In this document: positions 14,133-24,164 of the stretch, piece by piece | How the letters are laid out: each line of letters starts with the position of its first letter | Position numbering within the stretch: position 1 is the first letter of the stretch | Virus record (IMG/VR): IMGVR_UViG_3300045912_000261 | Span: 32,001 to 96,000 of that record | DNA length: 64,000 nt | Reading direction: 5' to 3' (one strand) | Source of the DNA: a virus | Position numbers and translations under genes: made by a program | The notes under the pieces: generated by a model | Seen by the model: only the letters and a program-made list of their open reading frames with translations | Told to the model about the DNA's origin: nothing | Databases searched by the model: none

Positions 14133-16346
14133 TTACTCCTCCGCAGGGGTGACAGTTGCCTTAGGTCGCACCCTGGTAAGCGTGGCCTCCGGTCGAGCTA
14201 GGGGAACGATGGAGGCGCGGTACAGAACCGGTGTAATGGTGGCCGCTGGGGTGGCAGCAGCTAGGAGGACGGCGCGGGGGGCTGCAACCAACGTAAGGAT
14301 GGCCGATAGGCCGAAGAGGAGAGTGCCCCCGACCGAGCCATCTTCCAGCAGTGCAGCCAGGTCGCCGTCCTGGAGGGAAGCATTAACCAGGGCCTGGTAT
14401 GAGGCTGCGATGGTCTCCGCGGCTTGCCGAAACTCGTGGATTGCGAGGGAGGACCCTTCAGCGGCGGCAAAGAAGTCCTCGGCGAAGAAGGGAGCCGTGA
14501 CGACACCGGCATCGACGCCCAAGGAGGCGTCTGCCGCAGCCAGCACGGCTGTAGAGGAAGCCGCGTCGTCCTCATCAAAGCTGTCCTGCCCGCCCAAAGT
14601 GACAGCAACGGAAACGTTCTCCCCCAAGGAGCCTGTCTCCGCCCCGGCAACATCCTGAACAATGGAGAGGGTGCTCTGGTCGCTACTTGAAGCCGTCTCC
14701 GCTTCCGCCAGAGCAATGGAGGGGGTACCTTCGGTTGCGGTCCCTTGCTCTTGGATGGTAAAGGACGCCTCTATCGAGGCAGTCTCCGACAAGGTTGCTG
14801 AGTCGCTACCGCTCGGCGTCCCCGTATCCCCTAAGCTGCCCTCGTCGGCGCCGCTTAAGGTGTCCGACCCAGTTAGGGTACCTGAGATGCTCGGTGCCTC
14901 CGTCGCGGTGCTGACTTCGGCAGCTGAGGTACCCGTGTCGACGGACGTGTCCTGTCCGGTTGGGGTGTCCGCGGCATCCAATACTGCAACGGAGGTTGCC
15001 GTTTCGGTTCCTGAGGAAGTATCTCCGACACCTGCTAGAGCAATAGCCGGGGCCGGGGCCTCTGACGCAAGCAAGGTCTCGGCAGGAGGATCGACCACCA
15101 CGCCCATAGCGGAGGTGCCTTCGGCTCCCGAGATCGCCTCGGAACCTTGCATGAGGAAGGGGTCCACAGCCTCGCTGCCCGAGCCCGTCTCGCCACCGCT
15201 CAGGGTAACCGATACAGAGGCTGTCTCCGTAACCGTAGCCGACTCGCTTGCGTTCTTCGTAACCTGGTCTTCAAGGGAGCCGTTGTCGGTTGCTGCCCCG
15301 GAGTCACTGCTGGACGCAGTCACGGACAAGGTAACGGTTCCCTCAGCAGCAGTACCTGTGTCCCCAGCGGTTTGAGCCAACCCCGCGTTCAGGTCCTCTG
15401 CTGCCGAAGCCTCCGTAGAGGAGAGGCTGGCGGCTATGCTCGGGGCCTCCGTTGAGCTTCCGCTCTCGCCGTCCCCCAGCTCGATCCCTGCTACAGCTTC
15501 ACTGCCGGTTGCCGTGTCTCCGTTGGAGGCGGTGGCTGCTAGGGACGCCTGCTCTGTAGCTGAGCCTGAGTCGGAGCCGCTGACTGCGACCTGCTCGGTG
15601 ACTGATCCCTGATCGGCACCTGCAGCCGTGTCCGAAGCTCCTAGAGCAATGTCGGCAGCTGTATCGGTTAGGGAAGCTGCCTCAGAAGCGGCCGCAGCAG
15701 CAGTTAGTGCAGACGCCGCATCCGCCGCGGTAGCGGTATCCGTCCCAGAGAGGCCTGTAGCTGAGGTCTCGCTTCCGGTTGCTGTTTCTGTCCCGTCTAG
15801 GGCAGCAGCGAGAGCCGCGGTCTCTGAGCCTGCAGCCCCTTCAGTTGCCGAAGTGGCAATTCCCGCGTTGGCATCCGTTCCTGTTCCAGACTCGGTGGCT
15901 GAGGTGCTGGCACTTAGCGTTTGCAGAGCGTCGGAGGCAGTAGCCGAGTCCGCATTGCTTAGGGCTATTGCAGTGGCCTCAGCTACGGTAGCCGAGTCCG
16001 AGGCCGTACTGGTAGCCTCGGAGGATGCTGTTTCAGCAGCAGCTGCGGTCTCTGAGCCGGACGTAGTCGCCGCGATGGAGGTAGTAACGTCAGCACCAGT
16101 AGCGGTGTCGGCGTTACCGAGGGACACAGCAGTTGTCCCCTCGGCTTCTGTACCGACGTCAGTCCCCGTCAGGCTAGCTGTCAGGGTGCTTAGTGCATCA
16201 GCGCCCGAGGCAGTTTCAGCCCCCGAGATAGTAGCGCTTAGGGTACTGGTGGCGTCTGCTGCCGACGCACTGTCAGAGGCCTCTACATTCTGAGACCCTG
16301 CGGCACTAGGTAGCCGGAGGAGTAGCGTCCGGCGAGAGCGGGCCAT
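14133..16346 (-). CDS. Ala/Ser/Thr-rich repetitive fibre-like virion protein
   Basis: 737 aa of degenerate SDSA/SETA/GTET repeats, strongly acidic. Confidence 0.7.
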   Translation of the reverse strand: MARSRRTLLLRLPSAAGSQNVEASDSASAADATSTLSATISGAETASGADALSTLTASLTGTDVGTEAEGTTAVSLGNADTATGADVTTSIAATTSGSETAAAAETASSEATSTASDSATVAEATAIALSNADSATASDALQTLSASTSATESGTGTDANAGIATSATEGAAGSETAALAAALDGTETATGSETSATGLSGTDTATAADAASALTAAAAASEAASLTDTAADIALGASDTAAGADQGSVTEQVAVSGSDSGSATEQASLAATASNGDTATGSEAVAGIELGDGESGSSTEAPSIAASLSSTEASAAEDLNAGLAQTAGDTGTAAEGTVTLSVTASSSDSGAATDNGSLEDQVTKNASESATVTETASVSVTLSGGETGSGSEAVDPFLMQGSEAISGAEGTSAMGVVVDPPAETLLASEAPAPAIALAGVGDTSSGTETATSVAVLDAADTPTGQDTSVDTGTSAAEVSTATEAPSISGTLTGSDTLSGADEGSLGDTGTPSGSDSATLSETASIEASFTIQEQGTATEGTPSIALAEAETASSSDQSTLSIVQDVAGAETGSLGENVSVAVTLGGQDSFDEDDAASSTAVLAAADASLGVDAGVVTAPFFAEDFFAAAEGSSLAIHEFRQAAETIAASYQALVNASLQDGDLAALLEDGSVGGTLLFGLSAILTLVAAPRAVLLAAATPAATITPVLYRASIVPLARPEATLTRVRPKATVTPAEE

Positions 16347-16886
16347 CTACAGGCTCGAGTCCAGAGTGAAGCCTGCTAGAGGAACAGCAGTGCCTGTGAA
16401 GGCAGCTGGGGTCATTGCATTCGGCAGAACCGTCGAACCCAGAGCTTCCTGTAGCAGCCCGCAGGCTCGAGCAGCCGCGGCCGTCCAGGTGCCTCCAATT
16501 GACTGCATCATTCCTGTTGTGCCAGAACAGACCTGGCCCAGATAGTACCCACCGGGAGGGAGCAAGTAGTCCACAGAGACATACTGCAGGTTAGTCGTAC
16601 CCACCCGTGCAGTTGTGCCCGTTGAGATAATCAGCGTCCCCCTTCGGGAGTAGATCCCGATGTCCATGTTGCTGCCCGAAGTACCCCCGTTCCCCCAAAA
16701 GAGGCGCCTGATCGGGTACCACCAAGAGTTGAAGAAGGGGTGGTAGATTGCCAGGTTCGCTGAAGGCCACGCAGCAGCTGCCGCCCCCGATGGGCTTACA
16801 CCAACTGCACGGGCACCAGCTGCCCCGAAGAAGTCCATACATGAGGACACTTGGATCGGTGGCACATGGTAAGTTGCCCGAGCCAC
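16347..16886 (-). CDS. Putative virion protein, paralog of 16886-17428
   Basis: Shared WPSAN, NGGT.G.N.DIG.Y and LISTG motifs. Confidence 0.7.
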   Translation of the reverse strand: MARATYHVPPIQVSSCMDFFGAAGARAVGVSPSGAAAAAWPSANLAIYHPFFNSWWYPIRRLFWGNGGTSGSNMDIGIYSRRGTLIISTGTTARVGTTNLQYVSVDYLLPPGGYYLGQVCSGTTGMMQSIGGTWTAAAARACGLLQEALGSTVLPNAMTPAAFTGTAVPLAGFTLDSSL

Positions 16887-17428
16887 TATACGACTCCGAT
16901 CATCGTGAAGCCGAACACGGGCCAGTATGAGGACGTTATAGCACTGGGTGTAAAGCTAGAAGGCAGGGGGAGCGCTGAAGCCTGTGCACGGACGCCAGCA
17001 GAATCCATACCAATAGAAGAGGTGGTCAGCCGGAAGTAAGTGCCCGTCGTGTCAGAGTGTGCGAGGGCAATGAAGTAGAGCCCCGCCGGGTATTCTGTGT
17101 CGGTGACGTTATGGGTCTGAATGGTCGATGTGCCCGACTGGGCAACGCTCCCCGTGGACAGAAGCAGGTTGCGCTGCTTGTCATAGAGCCCGATGTCCCG
17201 GTTCCCTGACGCCGTTCCCCCGTTGTAGGACCAGAAGTCCGTGACCACGAAGTCCGTCTCCAGCACCACGGGGAAGAACCGAGCCTGGTTCGCAGACGGC
17301 CACGCGCCTGAGGCACCAGACTGGCCACAGACGCGTGACATATTCCCGACCATAGAGTGCTCAGAGAGCGTCGAGACTGCGCCCGAGGCAGGAAGGGAAA
17401 CCTCCTTAACAGGCCAGATCGGGCTCAT
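16886..17428 (-). CDS. Putative virion protein, paralog of 16347-16886
   Basis: Same shared motifs. Coupled stop/start. Confidence 0.7.
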   Translation of the reverse strand: MSPIWPVKEVSLPASGAVSTLSEHSMVGNMSRVCGQSGASGAWPSANQARFFPVVLETDFVVTDFWSYNGGTASGNRDIGLYDKQRNLLLSTGSVAQSGTSTIQTHNVTDTEYPAGLYFIALAHSDTTGTYFRLTTSSIGMDSAGVRAQASALPLPSSFTPSAITSSYWPVFGFTMIGVV

Positions 17429-17772
17429 GCGTGCTTCAGTACCTTCCAGGGAATCGAGCGGCCAGTGCCCCTAACCTGCTTGATCGAGAAGCGCAGGGAA
17501 TTGGTATCCGTGAGCTCGTTAGAGAGAGGCTCGGACGGCCACGTCTTTGTGTCAGCCGGCTGCGCATCTGCAACTATCTGGAACAGGGCTACCCTCTCGG
17601 TGCCTCCCGTGAGGGTCATCTGGTAGCCTCTGATCTCCAGGAGGTCGCCGTTCGCCAGGGCGTTGAGGTCGAGGACCAGTTCGAATACTCCGGCGACGTT
17701 CGGCGAGGACAGGAAGTGCTCCGTACCGATCGTACAGGACTGGGTGCCCGAAGCGTATGCGGTAACAGCCAT
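17425..17772 (-). CDS. Hypothetical virion protein
   Basis: Coupled ORF in the tail region. Confidence 0.6.
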   Translation of the reverse strand: MAVTAYASGTQSCTIGTEHFLSSPNVAGVFELVLDLNALANGDLLEIRGYQMTLTGGTERVALFQIVADAQPADTKTWPSEPLSNELTDTNSLRFSIKQVRGTGRSIPWKVLKHA

Positions 17773-19496
17773 TACGGACTCACATTCCTTACGACCCTTG
17801 CCCTAAGGGTTCCTGAACCCAGATCCACTGTGCCCCCGGTCCGGTTCATGATCGTAACCCTGACCGTGTCTGCGGCGGAGACGAATCCGTGTAGAATCCA
17901 GGAGCCACCGTTAGTTTCCACCGACGAGTGGTTTACTTCCACGAAGTCCCCCACAGCGGCTCCCGTTGCCGTCAGAGTTGTTGAGGCCGACGCCCCATCA
18001 GCCAGCGATGGGGGGTCGTACGTAGCCGTGGCGACGATCACGTCGGGGGTAAACAGCGTGGTGTCGACTGTTGTCGAACCCAGGAGGTTGCGGTAAGCCC
18101 TGTTGGAGGATGCTGTCGTAGTATGCCCTGCTGCCTTGTTGGCAAACGTCGTAACAGTGCCCACGAAGCGGTTGTCTGCGAACAGAATGCCCGAGCTTGA
18201 GCCCGTTGCTCCAGAGCCCTCGGCAAAGCGTAGGACGACGTTTGCAGTGTCGAAGGTATTCCGACGGAACCAGATACGGTGGCCCTTCTCCAGCTTGATC
18301 ACACGGGTGTCACCGTGGCCAACATCGGTGAATACGTTGTCGTCGATCTCCACGTCCCGGGCGGACTGGCTTGCTGCGAAGCCGATAGAGACGCCATTCC
18401 ACCAGTAGTCGAAGACGTTGCCTACGATCTTGACGCCCCGTACGCCCTGGATCTGGAAGGGGTTATTGCCCAAGTAGCTCGCGTCGTCACGGCCTCCGTT
18501 GCAGTAGTTGTTGGCGAAGATGATGTCGTTGTGGACGGTAGAGTCAGTCGGGTCTTGTACGTGAGAGAAGAAGGCCGCACACCTTACGCTGTTGAAGACG
18601 TTGTGGGCAACTACGACCCCTTGGGTCTTAGTTGTTAGGTCCGCCTGCGTGGGGATAATGTGGTACGCAACAGCTCCAGCGGTGCCGCGGCACTTCTCGA
18701 AGTAGTTACCCACGATGCGGATGTTGCGAATGACGGCGAAGGTTGAACCTGAGTTGGGCTCGATGTCGATTGTCCCAGGCATGTCCGTGCGCGTGCTGTT
18801 GAGGAAGGTGCATCCCTGGATTAGAACGTCCCGACCATCAATGATTGTGATGGCGTTCCTGTTGTCTTGGTTGATCCCGTCGAAGCGGCAGCCGACGATC
18901 TTGATGTACCTGTTGTGTCTCTCCACTCCGGCAGAGTGCGAAGAGGCAAGGTACAAACCGTCAGCACGGTACCCTCGGAAGTAGACATTCTGGATCAGTA
19001 CGTCGTCCACTGCTGAGAGCGACATTAGGTGGACGTTTTGTCCCGTGGCAAACCCATCAACGTCTACGGTCCCACGGAGCTGGAGATCCCTGAAGACCAG
19101 GTTTCGCCGGTTGGTTGCAGGGTCAGCAGTTCCTCCGGTGCCTGGGTTGACCTTAATCAGGTACAGAGGGGCTGTGCCCGTACGCTGCTTGATGATGGAG
19201 CCCCAGCCCTCTCCCCGGAGAGTGACGCTGTCAGCAGCTACCTCAAGGTCTGAACAGGAGTAAGTACCGCGGGGGAAGAACACGGTACCACCGGCAACTT
19301 CGGCTGCGTCAATGGCTGCCTGCACCGCAGTGGTGTCGTTCGTTGTTCCGTCCCCCGTGGCACCGTAATCCTTCACATTGAAGACCTGGGCTACGGCTAG
19401 TGAATAGACGTGCTCTCCAAAGTCCTCCAGGTTTACGGCCGAGAGGGGTGTTGCTGTTGAGGGGCTATTCTGCCACCCATAGTTGGTCCAAGGCAC
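17772..19496 (-). CDS. Tailspike/depolymerase with a right-handed beta-helix (pectate-lyase-3-like)
   Basis: VFNVKDYGATGDGTTNDTTAVQAAI, VFFPRGTY and I.GN.F repeats. Confidence 0.85.
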   Translation of the reverse strand: MPWTNYGWQNSPSTATPLSAVNLEDFGEHVYSLAVAQVFNVKDYGATGDGTTNDTTAVQAAIDAAEVAGGTVFFPRGTYSCSDLEVAADSVTLRGEGWGSIIKQRTGTAPLYLIKVNPGTGGTADPATNRRNLVFRDLQLRGTVDVDGFATGQNVHLMSLSAVDDVLIQNVYFRGYRADGLYLASSHSAGVERHNRYIKIVGCRFDGINQDNRNAITIIDGRDVLIQGCTFLNSTRTDMPGTIDIEPNSGSTFAVIRNIRIVGNYFEKCRGTAGAVAYHIIPTQADLTTKTQGVVVAHNVFNSVRCAAFFSHVQDPTDSTVHNDIIFANNYCNGGRDDASYLGNNPFQIQGVRGVKIVGNVFDYWWNGVSIGFAASQSARDVEIDDNVFTDVGHGDTRVIKLEKGHRIWFRRNTFDTANVVLRFAEGSGATGSSSGILFADNRFVGTVTTFANKAAGHTTTASSNRAYRNLLGSTTVDTTLFTPDVIVATATYDPPSLADGASASTTLTATGAAVGDFVEVNHSSVETNGGSWILHGFVSAADTVRVTIMNRTGGTVDLGSGTLRARVVRNVSP

Positions 19497-21106
19497 TAGA
19501 CCTCCTCAGCACCTTCCAGCAGAGCGCCAACCTCTGCGATCAGGATGTCCGCGTTTGTGGAGATGTCGCCAACCGCGTCACGAAGGTTCGCAGCCCTCTC
19601 CGGGGCGCCCTGCCCCTCGATCCAGCCGGCGTACTCCGGGCCCTGAACCGTGCCCACACGGCCTCGCCACTGCGTTGCACGATGCATCACTCGGGACATG
19701 ATGGCTTCCTTCAGCTCCCGGGAGATCACGGGCTTCGGAGGCGGCGGAGGAGCGTTCTCGATCATGAAGGACGCCGTCTTCGTGGTCGAGTTACCCTTGG
19801 TGTCCGTTGCCGTTACCTCTAGCGTGTATCTTCCGTTGGGGATTTGCGTGGAGTCGAAGGTTCCCTCGTACGGGCTGGCCGTGTCGTCGAAGGTAAGGTC
19901 GGCCCCATCGCCAAAGAGACGGAAGCTTACCTTGGCAACCCCTGAAGGGTCAGCTGCCGTTGCAGCGTACCTAACCTCCCCGGAGAGCGGGCTCTCGGTA
20001 GGTGCCGTGATCATCAGGTCCGGGCCCGTAGTGTCGGGCGGCGGAGGGGGCGGAGGTGGCGTGATGCCCGGACGCAGCTGCGTGGGACCGAGATCCTTAC
20101 ACGGAGAGGTATCCTTGAGGCGATAGTCCCCGTTTGAGGGGTCCATGTACTGCGGATCGACGTTACGGATGCCTTCCGTGGAGTAGCCGGTGCCCTTCAG
20201 GCGGCCTCCTACCATTCCGGAAGCGTTCCAGACGTTAGTGTTGATGACCTTGTTACCGGTACCTGGGGTGCATCCCCACCACGACTCGACCAGGGCGCGA
20301 GAGCTCTTCCTGGAGTTAGTGAAGATTGAATCCACCACAACCGAGTCAGAGCTGTTCTGGCAGCCCGAGAACCCTGTGGTAGAGTCAGTTGCTCCTGAGA
20401 AGGTGATCCCTCCGTTGACTCTGTCAATGGTGTTGCGGCGCATAATGATGCCGTCGCCGTCAGGGTAAAGGTGGAAGGCCCAACCGTCGGTCAGGTCGTA
20501 GAACAGGCAGTCCTCGACGATACCTGACGCAGTCGACTTCAGGTAGAGTGGGTGATCGTGGTCAGCCCGGGCAGGGTCCCCAATCTTGGTGAACCGGCAC
20601 CGTGAGAAACGGAAGTTCCGGCACTTGATCGAGGCCTGACCCAGTGTTGTGTGGATCCGGCCGGGGAACCCGTTCGTGCGGTTGGTGAGGAGGCAGTCCT
20701 CCATCGTGAAGTCGTGGCACATCACTAGCATCGTGCCCGATGCCTGCGTGCTCACTCCCCCGTCGAGCCAGAAGCCTCGCATTACGATACCCGCGGCTCC
20801 GGATCCTACCGAGAAACGTCCCAGCACCTTGACTGGAAGCCCCATATGGGCCTCTTTCCTGAGTGCCATTCCCTCAGTCCAGCCTTCAGCTTGGATGACG
20901 ACCCTCTTGTTCAGGCTGAAGAAGCCTGATCCGAGGGAGTGGGTCCCAGCCTTCAACAGAAGAGTGTCTCCTGCGGAGGCTGCAGAGTACTTCGATGAAA
21001 ATTGTCCCGGCGCTACTTCTAGTGTGGCCATCTCTCCTCCAGTGGGGTAGGCCTTATCGCTAGGATAGGTAGTAGAACTAGGTGCCCGAGTTGACGCGAC
21101 GAGCAC
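19496..21106 (-). CDS. Beta-helix protein with a Pro linker and an Ig-like domain
   Basis: Paralog of 26877-28931. Ig-like YAATAADPSGVAKV..SPY..D..NG.YTL.A.D. Alternative start ATG 21031 with a GGAGG RBS. Confidence 0.8.
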   Translation of the reverse strand: MLVASTRAPSSTTYPSDKAYPTGGEMATLEVAPGQFSSKYSAASAGDTLLLKAGTHSLGSGFFSLNKRVVIQAEGWTEGMALRKEAHMGLPVKVLGRFSVGSGAAGIVMRGFWLDGGVSTQASGTMLVMCHDFTMEDCLLTNRTNGFPGRIHTTLGQASIKCRNFRFSRCRFTKIGDPARADHDHPLYLKSTASGIVEDCLFYDLTDGWAFHLYPDGDGIIMRRNTIDRVNGGITFSGATDSTTGFSGCQNSSDSVVVDSIFTNSRKSSRALVESWWGCTPGTGNKVINTNVWNASGMVGGRLKGTGYSTEGIRNVDPQYMDPSNGDYRLKDTSPCKDLGPTQLRPGITPPPPPPPPDTTGPDLMITAPTESPLSGEVRYAATAADPSGVAKVSFRLFGDGADLTFDDTASPYEGTFDSTQIPNGRYTLEVTATDTKGNSTTKTASFMIENAPPPPPKPVISRELKEAIMSRVMHRATQWRGRVGTVQGPEYAGWIEGQGAPERAANLRDAVGDISTNADILIAEVGALLEGAEEV

Positions 21107-21118
21107 CTAGCCCACCCC

Positions 21119-21688
21119 TTACGACAGCGTGATCGTGACCGTGAAGGTCCAGGTCGCAGCTGAAGTTTTCGTCCCCAGGGACTCAACCTTGCGGTTCAGC
21201 ATCCGCCCGCCAGTTGAGGCATTGAACACGCCCCACTCCTGCCAAGCGAAGTTGGCGTCACCTGTGCCGAAGACACTCCGGAAGGTAATCGTCGCCGACC
21301 CGGAGGTGGTCCCATCCGTGTGCGTGGGGTACGTCGCCTCCATCGCCTTACGGACCTTGTTGGACGCTGCCTGCAGGTCCGTCTGGGTGGCTGCCGCCGC
21401 GGTCGTGGAGTCACCAACCCCGATGTGCGCGTTGGCGTTGTTGAAGTACGTCAGAGTCTGGCCACCGGTGGTGGTACCGTTCCCGATGAGGCTCTGCCAA
21501 ATGTTGGAAGAGCCCCCGTAGACGAGGAGGTTCCCCTCGCGCTCGAGAACTTCGTACGGCTGTACCTCTCCTCGACGGATCTCCTCTTCGGTGACCTCGC
21601 CGTGGAACTTCTCCACCTTCCAGTGACACTGCCAGAGACCCCTCTCCTGGACAGGAGCGATCTCCATGTCATGCCTCCTTTTCATCAA
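21119..21688 (-). CDS. Virion structural protein (tail/baseplate-associated)
   Basis: NLLV, IGVGDSTT..A.QTDL and F...ANF.W.EWG.FNA...MLNRKV pattern common in phage tail regions. Confidence 0.65.
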   Translation of the reverse strand: MMKRRHDMEIAPVQERGLWQCHWKVEKFHGEVTEEEIRRGEVQPYEVLEREGNLLVYGGSSNIWQSLIGNGTTTGGQTLTYFNNANAHIGVGDSTTAAAATQTDLQAASNKVRKAMEATYPTHTDGTTSGSATITFRSVFGTGDANFAWQEWGVFNASTGGRMLNRKVESLGTKTSAATWTFTVTITLS

Positions 21689-21896
21689 TTACCCCGCCCG
21701 AGTCACCGGAGGTGATGTGGACGTGCTCGAAATCCTGCAGAGCCCCTGCCTTCTTGAGCGCCCGAAGGTCGCTCTGAGAGAAGTCCTCTGCAGTAACTGG
21801 GGTTCCAGTCTCGAAGCGCCTCCCATCGGAGGTCTCGATAGTGGCCACGACGAGCAGGTTCTTGGGTGCTTTAGCTGCTTTATCCTTTTGTGCCAT
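21669..21896 (-). CDS. Small hypothetical protein
   Basis: Coupled ORF. Confidence 0.55.
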   Translation of the reverse strand: MAQKDKAAKAPKNLLVVATIETSDGRRFETGTPVTAEDFSQSDLRALKKAGALQDFEHVHITSGDSGGVIDEKEA

Positions 21897-22690
21897 TACG
21901 ACTCCGGCAGGTAGGACTTAGTACCGCGGAAGTCGCTACGGTACCTAAGGGGTAGAACTCTCACCGGGTTGGAGCCGAAGCTCACCACGTGCGTTCCGGA
22001 GACTGTGTACCCAAGGAGAGCACTAGCCTTCTGCGCCGAGATCACAACGGCCATATGCGAAGGCCCCCCACGGTTGATGGAACGCGAGTCGTACCCGTAG
22101 AAAGCCAGGTCTCCCGGCTGCGGGTTGTCAGTTGTGAACTTACCCCGAGGCCAAATGGTACCGGTGAACCCGTACCCGTTGTACCCGAACCCGTTAGGAT
22201 CGGGTGCCCCGGCCTCATGATAGATCACGGTTGAAGATGATGAACAGTCGTAGTACCCCCTCGGGCGGGAGAAGGGCCGCAGCAGGTACGGCCGCAACCA
22301 AGAGTACTGGAAGCGCCAGCGCTCGAGGTAGAACCGACCTGCTGCGTCCTCGATCTTCCGCCCCAGGGACGACTCCTCTGCCTTCTTGCGCGCGATGGCC
22401 TTCGCCCGCTGCCGCGCGTACATTCGAGCAAGGAGGATCCTGTCGTAGCGACCTAGGAATGGCTCGAGCTTTGCCCAAGCCTCCTGCCCAAACGTCAGCC
22501 CGATAACGGGGCGAATCCCGTAGGCGTGCTTGAAGCGGTTGACGTCCTCGATGGTCTTTACACCGTACCCACCCTGCCTGTTGTTCTTGTGGGGAAGCCC
22601 CTTGGCGTGGAGCGCACGGTGGAGACCATTCTGCATCGCCCTAACCGCGAGGTTGCGGGCACCTGCTCTTAGATTGGGGCGGTATGCCAT
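21896..22690 (-). CDS. Endolysin candidate, NlpC/P60-like peptidase
   Basis: YDCSS, PGDLAFYG and SHMAVV give the Cys-His dyad. Adjacent to a holin-like gene. Confidence 0.75.
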   Translation of the reverse strand: MAYRPNLRAGARNLAVRAMQNGLHRALHAKGLPHKNNRQGGYGVKTIEDVNRFKHAYGIRPVIGLTFGQEAWAKLEPFLGRYDRILLARMYARQRAKAIARKKAEESSLGRKIEDAAGRFYLERWRFQYSWLRPYLLRPFSRPRGYYDCSSSSTVIYHEAGAPDPNGFGYNGYGFTGTIWPRGKFTTDNPQPGDLAFYGYDSRSINRGGPSHMAVVISAQKASALLGYTVSGTHVVSFGSNPVRVLPLRYRSDFRGTKSYLPES

Positions 22691-22708
22691 CGGTGCTCCG
22701 TTTCCCTA

Positions 22709-23023
22709 TCAGTCAGACGGGAGGATGGGCTGATCGCCCTGATCCCCATGGTCCCCTGGGTCCGAAGGGGGAACCGGGTTAGGCTGTCCCGTGCCACCGT
22801 CACGCCACGCGGCGTAGATGCCGAGAGCGGCCTGGAGCATCCGACCGAAGACGGTCAGCGCACCGATGACCAGAGTAACGGTAACCCAGGTTGATGACGG
22901 AACCCCAAGGGGCTCAGTTGCTCCTGCCAGCTCGCCAATCCAGACGGGGGCGGCTGCCAGGAAGGTCAAGGCTAGGCCGACGTAAGTCGCCAGACCCTTG
23001 CTTGGACTATCCGGAGTAGTCAT
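22709..23023 (-). CDS. Holin candidate
   Basis: Two hydrophobic helices, a strong GAGGAGG RBS, and a position upstream of the endolysin. Confidence 0.65.
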   Translation of the reverse strand: MTTPDSPSKGLATYVGLALTFLAAAPVWIGELAGATEPLGVPSSTWVTVTLVIGALTVFGRMLQAALGIYAAWRDGGTGQPNPVPPSDPGDHGDQGDQPILPSD

Positions 23024-23044
23024 TCCTCCTCCTCCTCTCAGTGG

Positions 23045-24148
23045 CTACTTGATGCGGTAGTAAGCTGCCCGAAACGTTGTGTTATTGAGGTTGGCGTCGT
23101 TTACTTTGCCCACGAAGAACTGGATTTTCTGGCCGCTCGAAAGGTTCACGAAGGCCGAACAAGATACGTCGGTGTTGACTCCCGTCTGGCCATAGTTGGG
23201 AGCCCCAGCAGCGGCAACGATAGTTCCTGCAGGTGCTTGAATCCAGATGTACCCCCAATATGTCCCTGTGGCTGTGAGGGAGAACTGGTGGTTGCCCCAC
23301 AGTGAGCACATATAGTAACCCGGAGTAGTTGGCGTAACATCCCACACGAGGTAGGAGTTAGAACCTCCTGTCAGGATGGTACTCGAGAAGGTTGCAAACT
23401 CCGGAGGCTGCAGCTTGGCATACTGGATAGTGTCGTTAGCGATCTTGGCATTGGTAATAGTGCTGTCCTGGATCTTAGCAGCGGTTACGGCACTACTTCC
23501 CAGCTTTGCGTTGGTGACGGCCAAGTCTGCGATCTTAGCAGTAGCAACTGCCCCATCCTGGATCTTAGCCGTTGTGACAGTGGCGTCGGGTAGCTTAGAT
23601 GTGGAAACCGCCCCGTCCAGGATCTTGGCTCCTGTTACAGCGTTCGCCTGGATCATCCCCGAGCTGACACTGTCTGCGGGGAGAGGATCGTTTCCTGCGG
23701 ACATATGCGTGTGAGCGTGCTTCTCGTGCCCCGCGGTGGGCTGCACGTACACAATCTGTGAGGTGGAAGCGTTCCACGAAACGGTTCCAATGTTGCGGAA
23801 GAAGGCTGCAGAAGGGTTCCCCGCCGACGTAAGACGTGCCTCTAGCGAGAACGACCGATCGTTGTCGTTCGAGGAGGTAGTAGCAAAGATGTTGTAGATC
23901 CCTGTGGTGGGGAAGGTGCTGGGAGAGAACGTAATGCTCAGAGGACTTTCCACCAAACGCATCTTGCCGCCAATGTTAAGACAGGCCGCTGCGTTCCCAG
24001 TCCCGGCGGGGACGGTAACCGTAGTGGATCCCGGGCTCCACTGTAGAGCACAGTTCCAAGCGAGCCCTGCGTGGACCTCCTGGATCCTGTCTAGGAAGTC
24101 AGCAGAGACAATGGTCCCGGTCTCGAAGTCAATTTGTACAATCGGCAC
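23045..24148 (-). CDS. Tail fibre protein with VT.AKI.D.A repeats
   Basis: About eight 10-aa repeats. Start moved to GTG 24148 after AGGAG. Confidence 0.8.
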   Translation of the reverse strand: MPIVQIDFETGTIVSADFLDRIQEVHAGLAWNCALQWSPGSTTVTVPAGTGNAAACLNIGGKMRLVESPLSITFSPSTFPTTGIYNIFATTSSNDNDRSFSLEARLTSAGNPSAAFFRNIGTVSWNASTSQIVYVQPTAGHEKHAHTHMSAGNDPLPADSVSSGMIQANAVTGAKILDGAVSTSKLPDATVTTAKIQDGAVATAKIADLAVTNAKLGSSAVTAAKIQDSTITNAKIANDTIQYAKLQPPEFATFSSTILTGGSNSYLVWDVTPTTPGYYMCSLWGNHQFSLTATGTYWGYIWIQAPAGTIVAAAGAPNYGQTGVNTDVSCSAFVNLSSGQKIQFFVGKVNDANLNNTTFRAAYYRIK

Positions 24149-24164
24149 TGTTTCGCTCCTGCTG

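Noticed and set aside
14149-16293. Long + strand ORFs opposite the A/S/T-rich gene, and similar antisense ORFs across the right arm
   Set aside because: These are shadow frames caused by high GC and repetitive codons, with no RBS or recognisable motifs.
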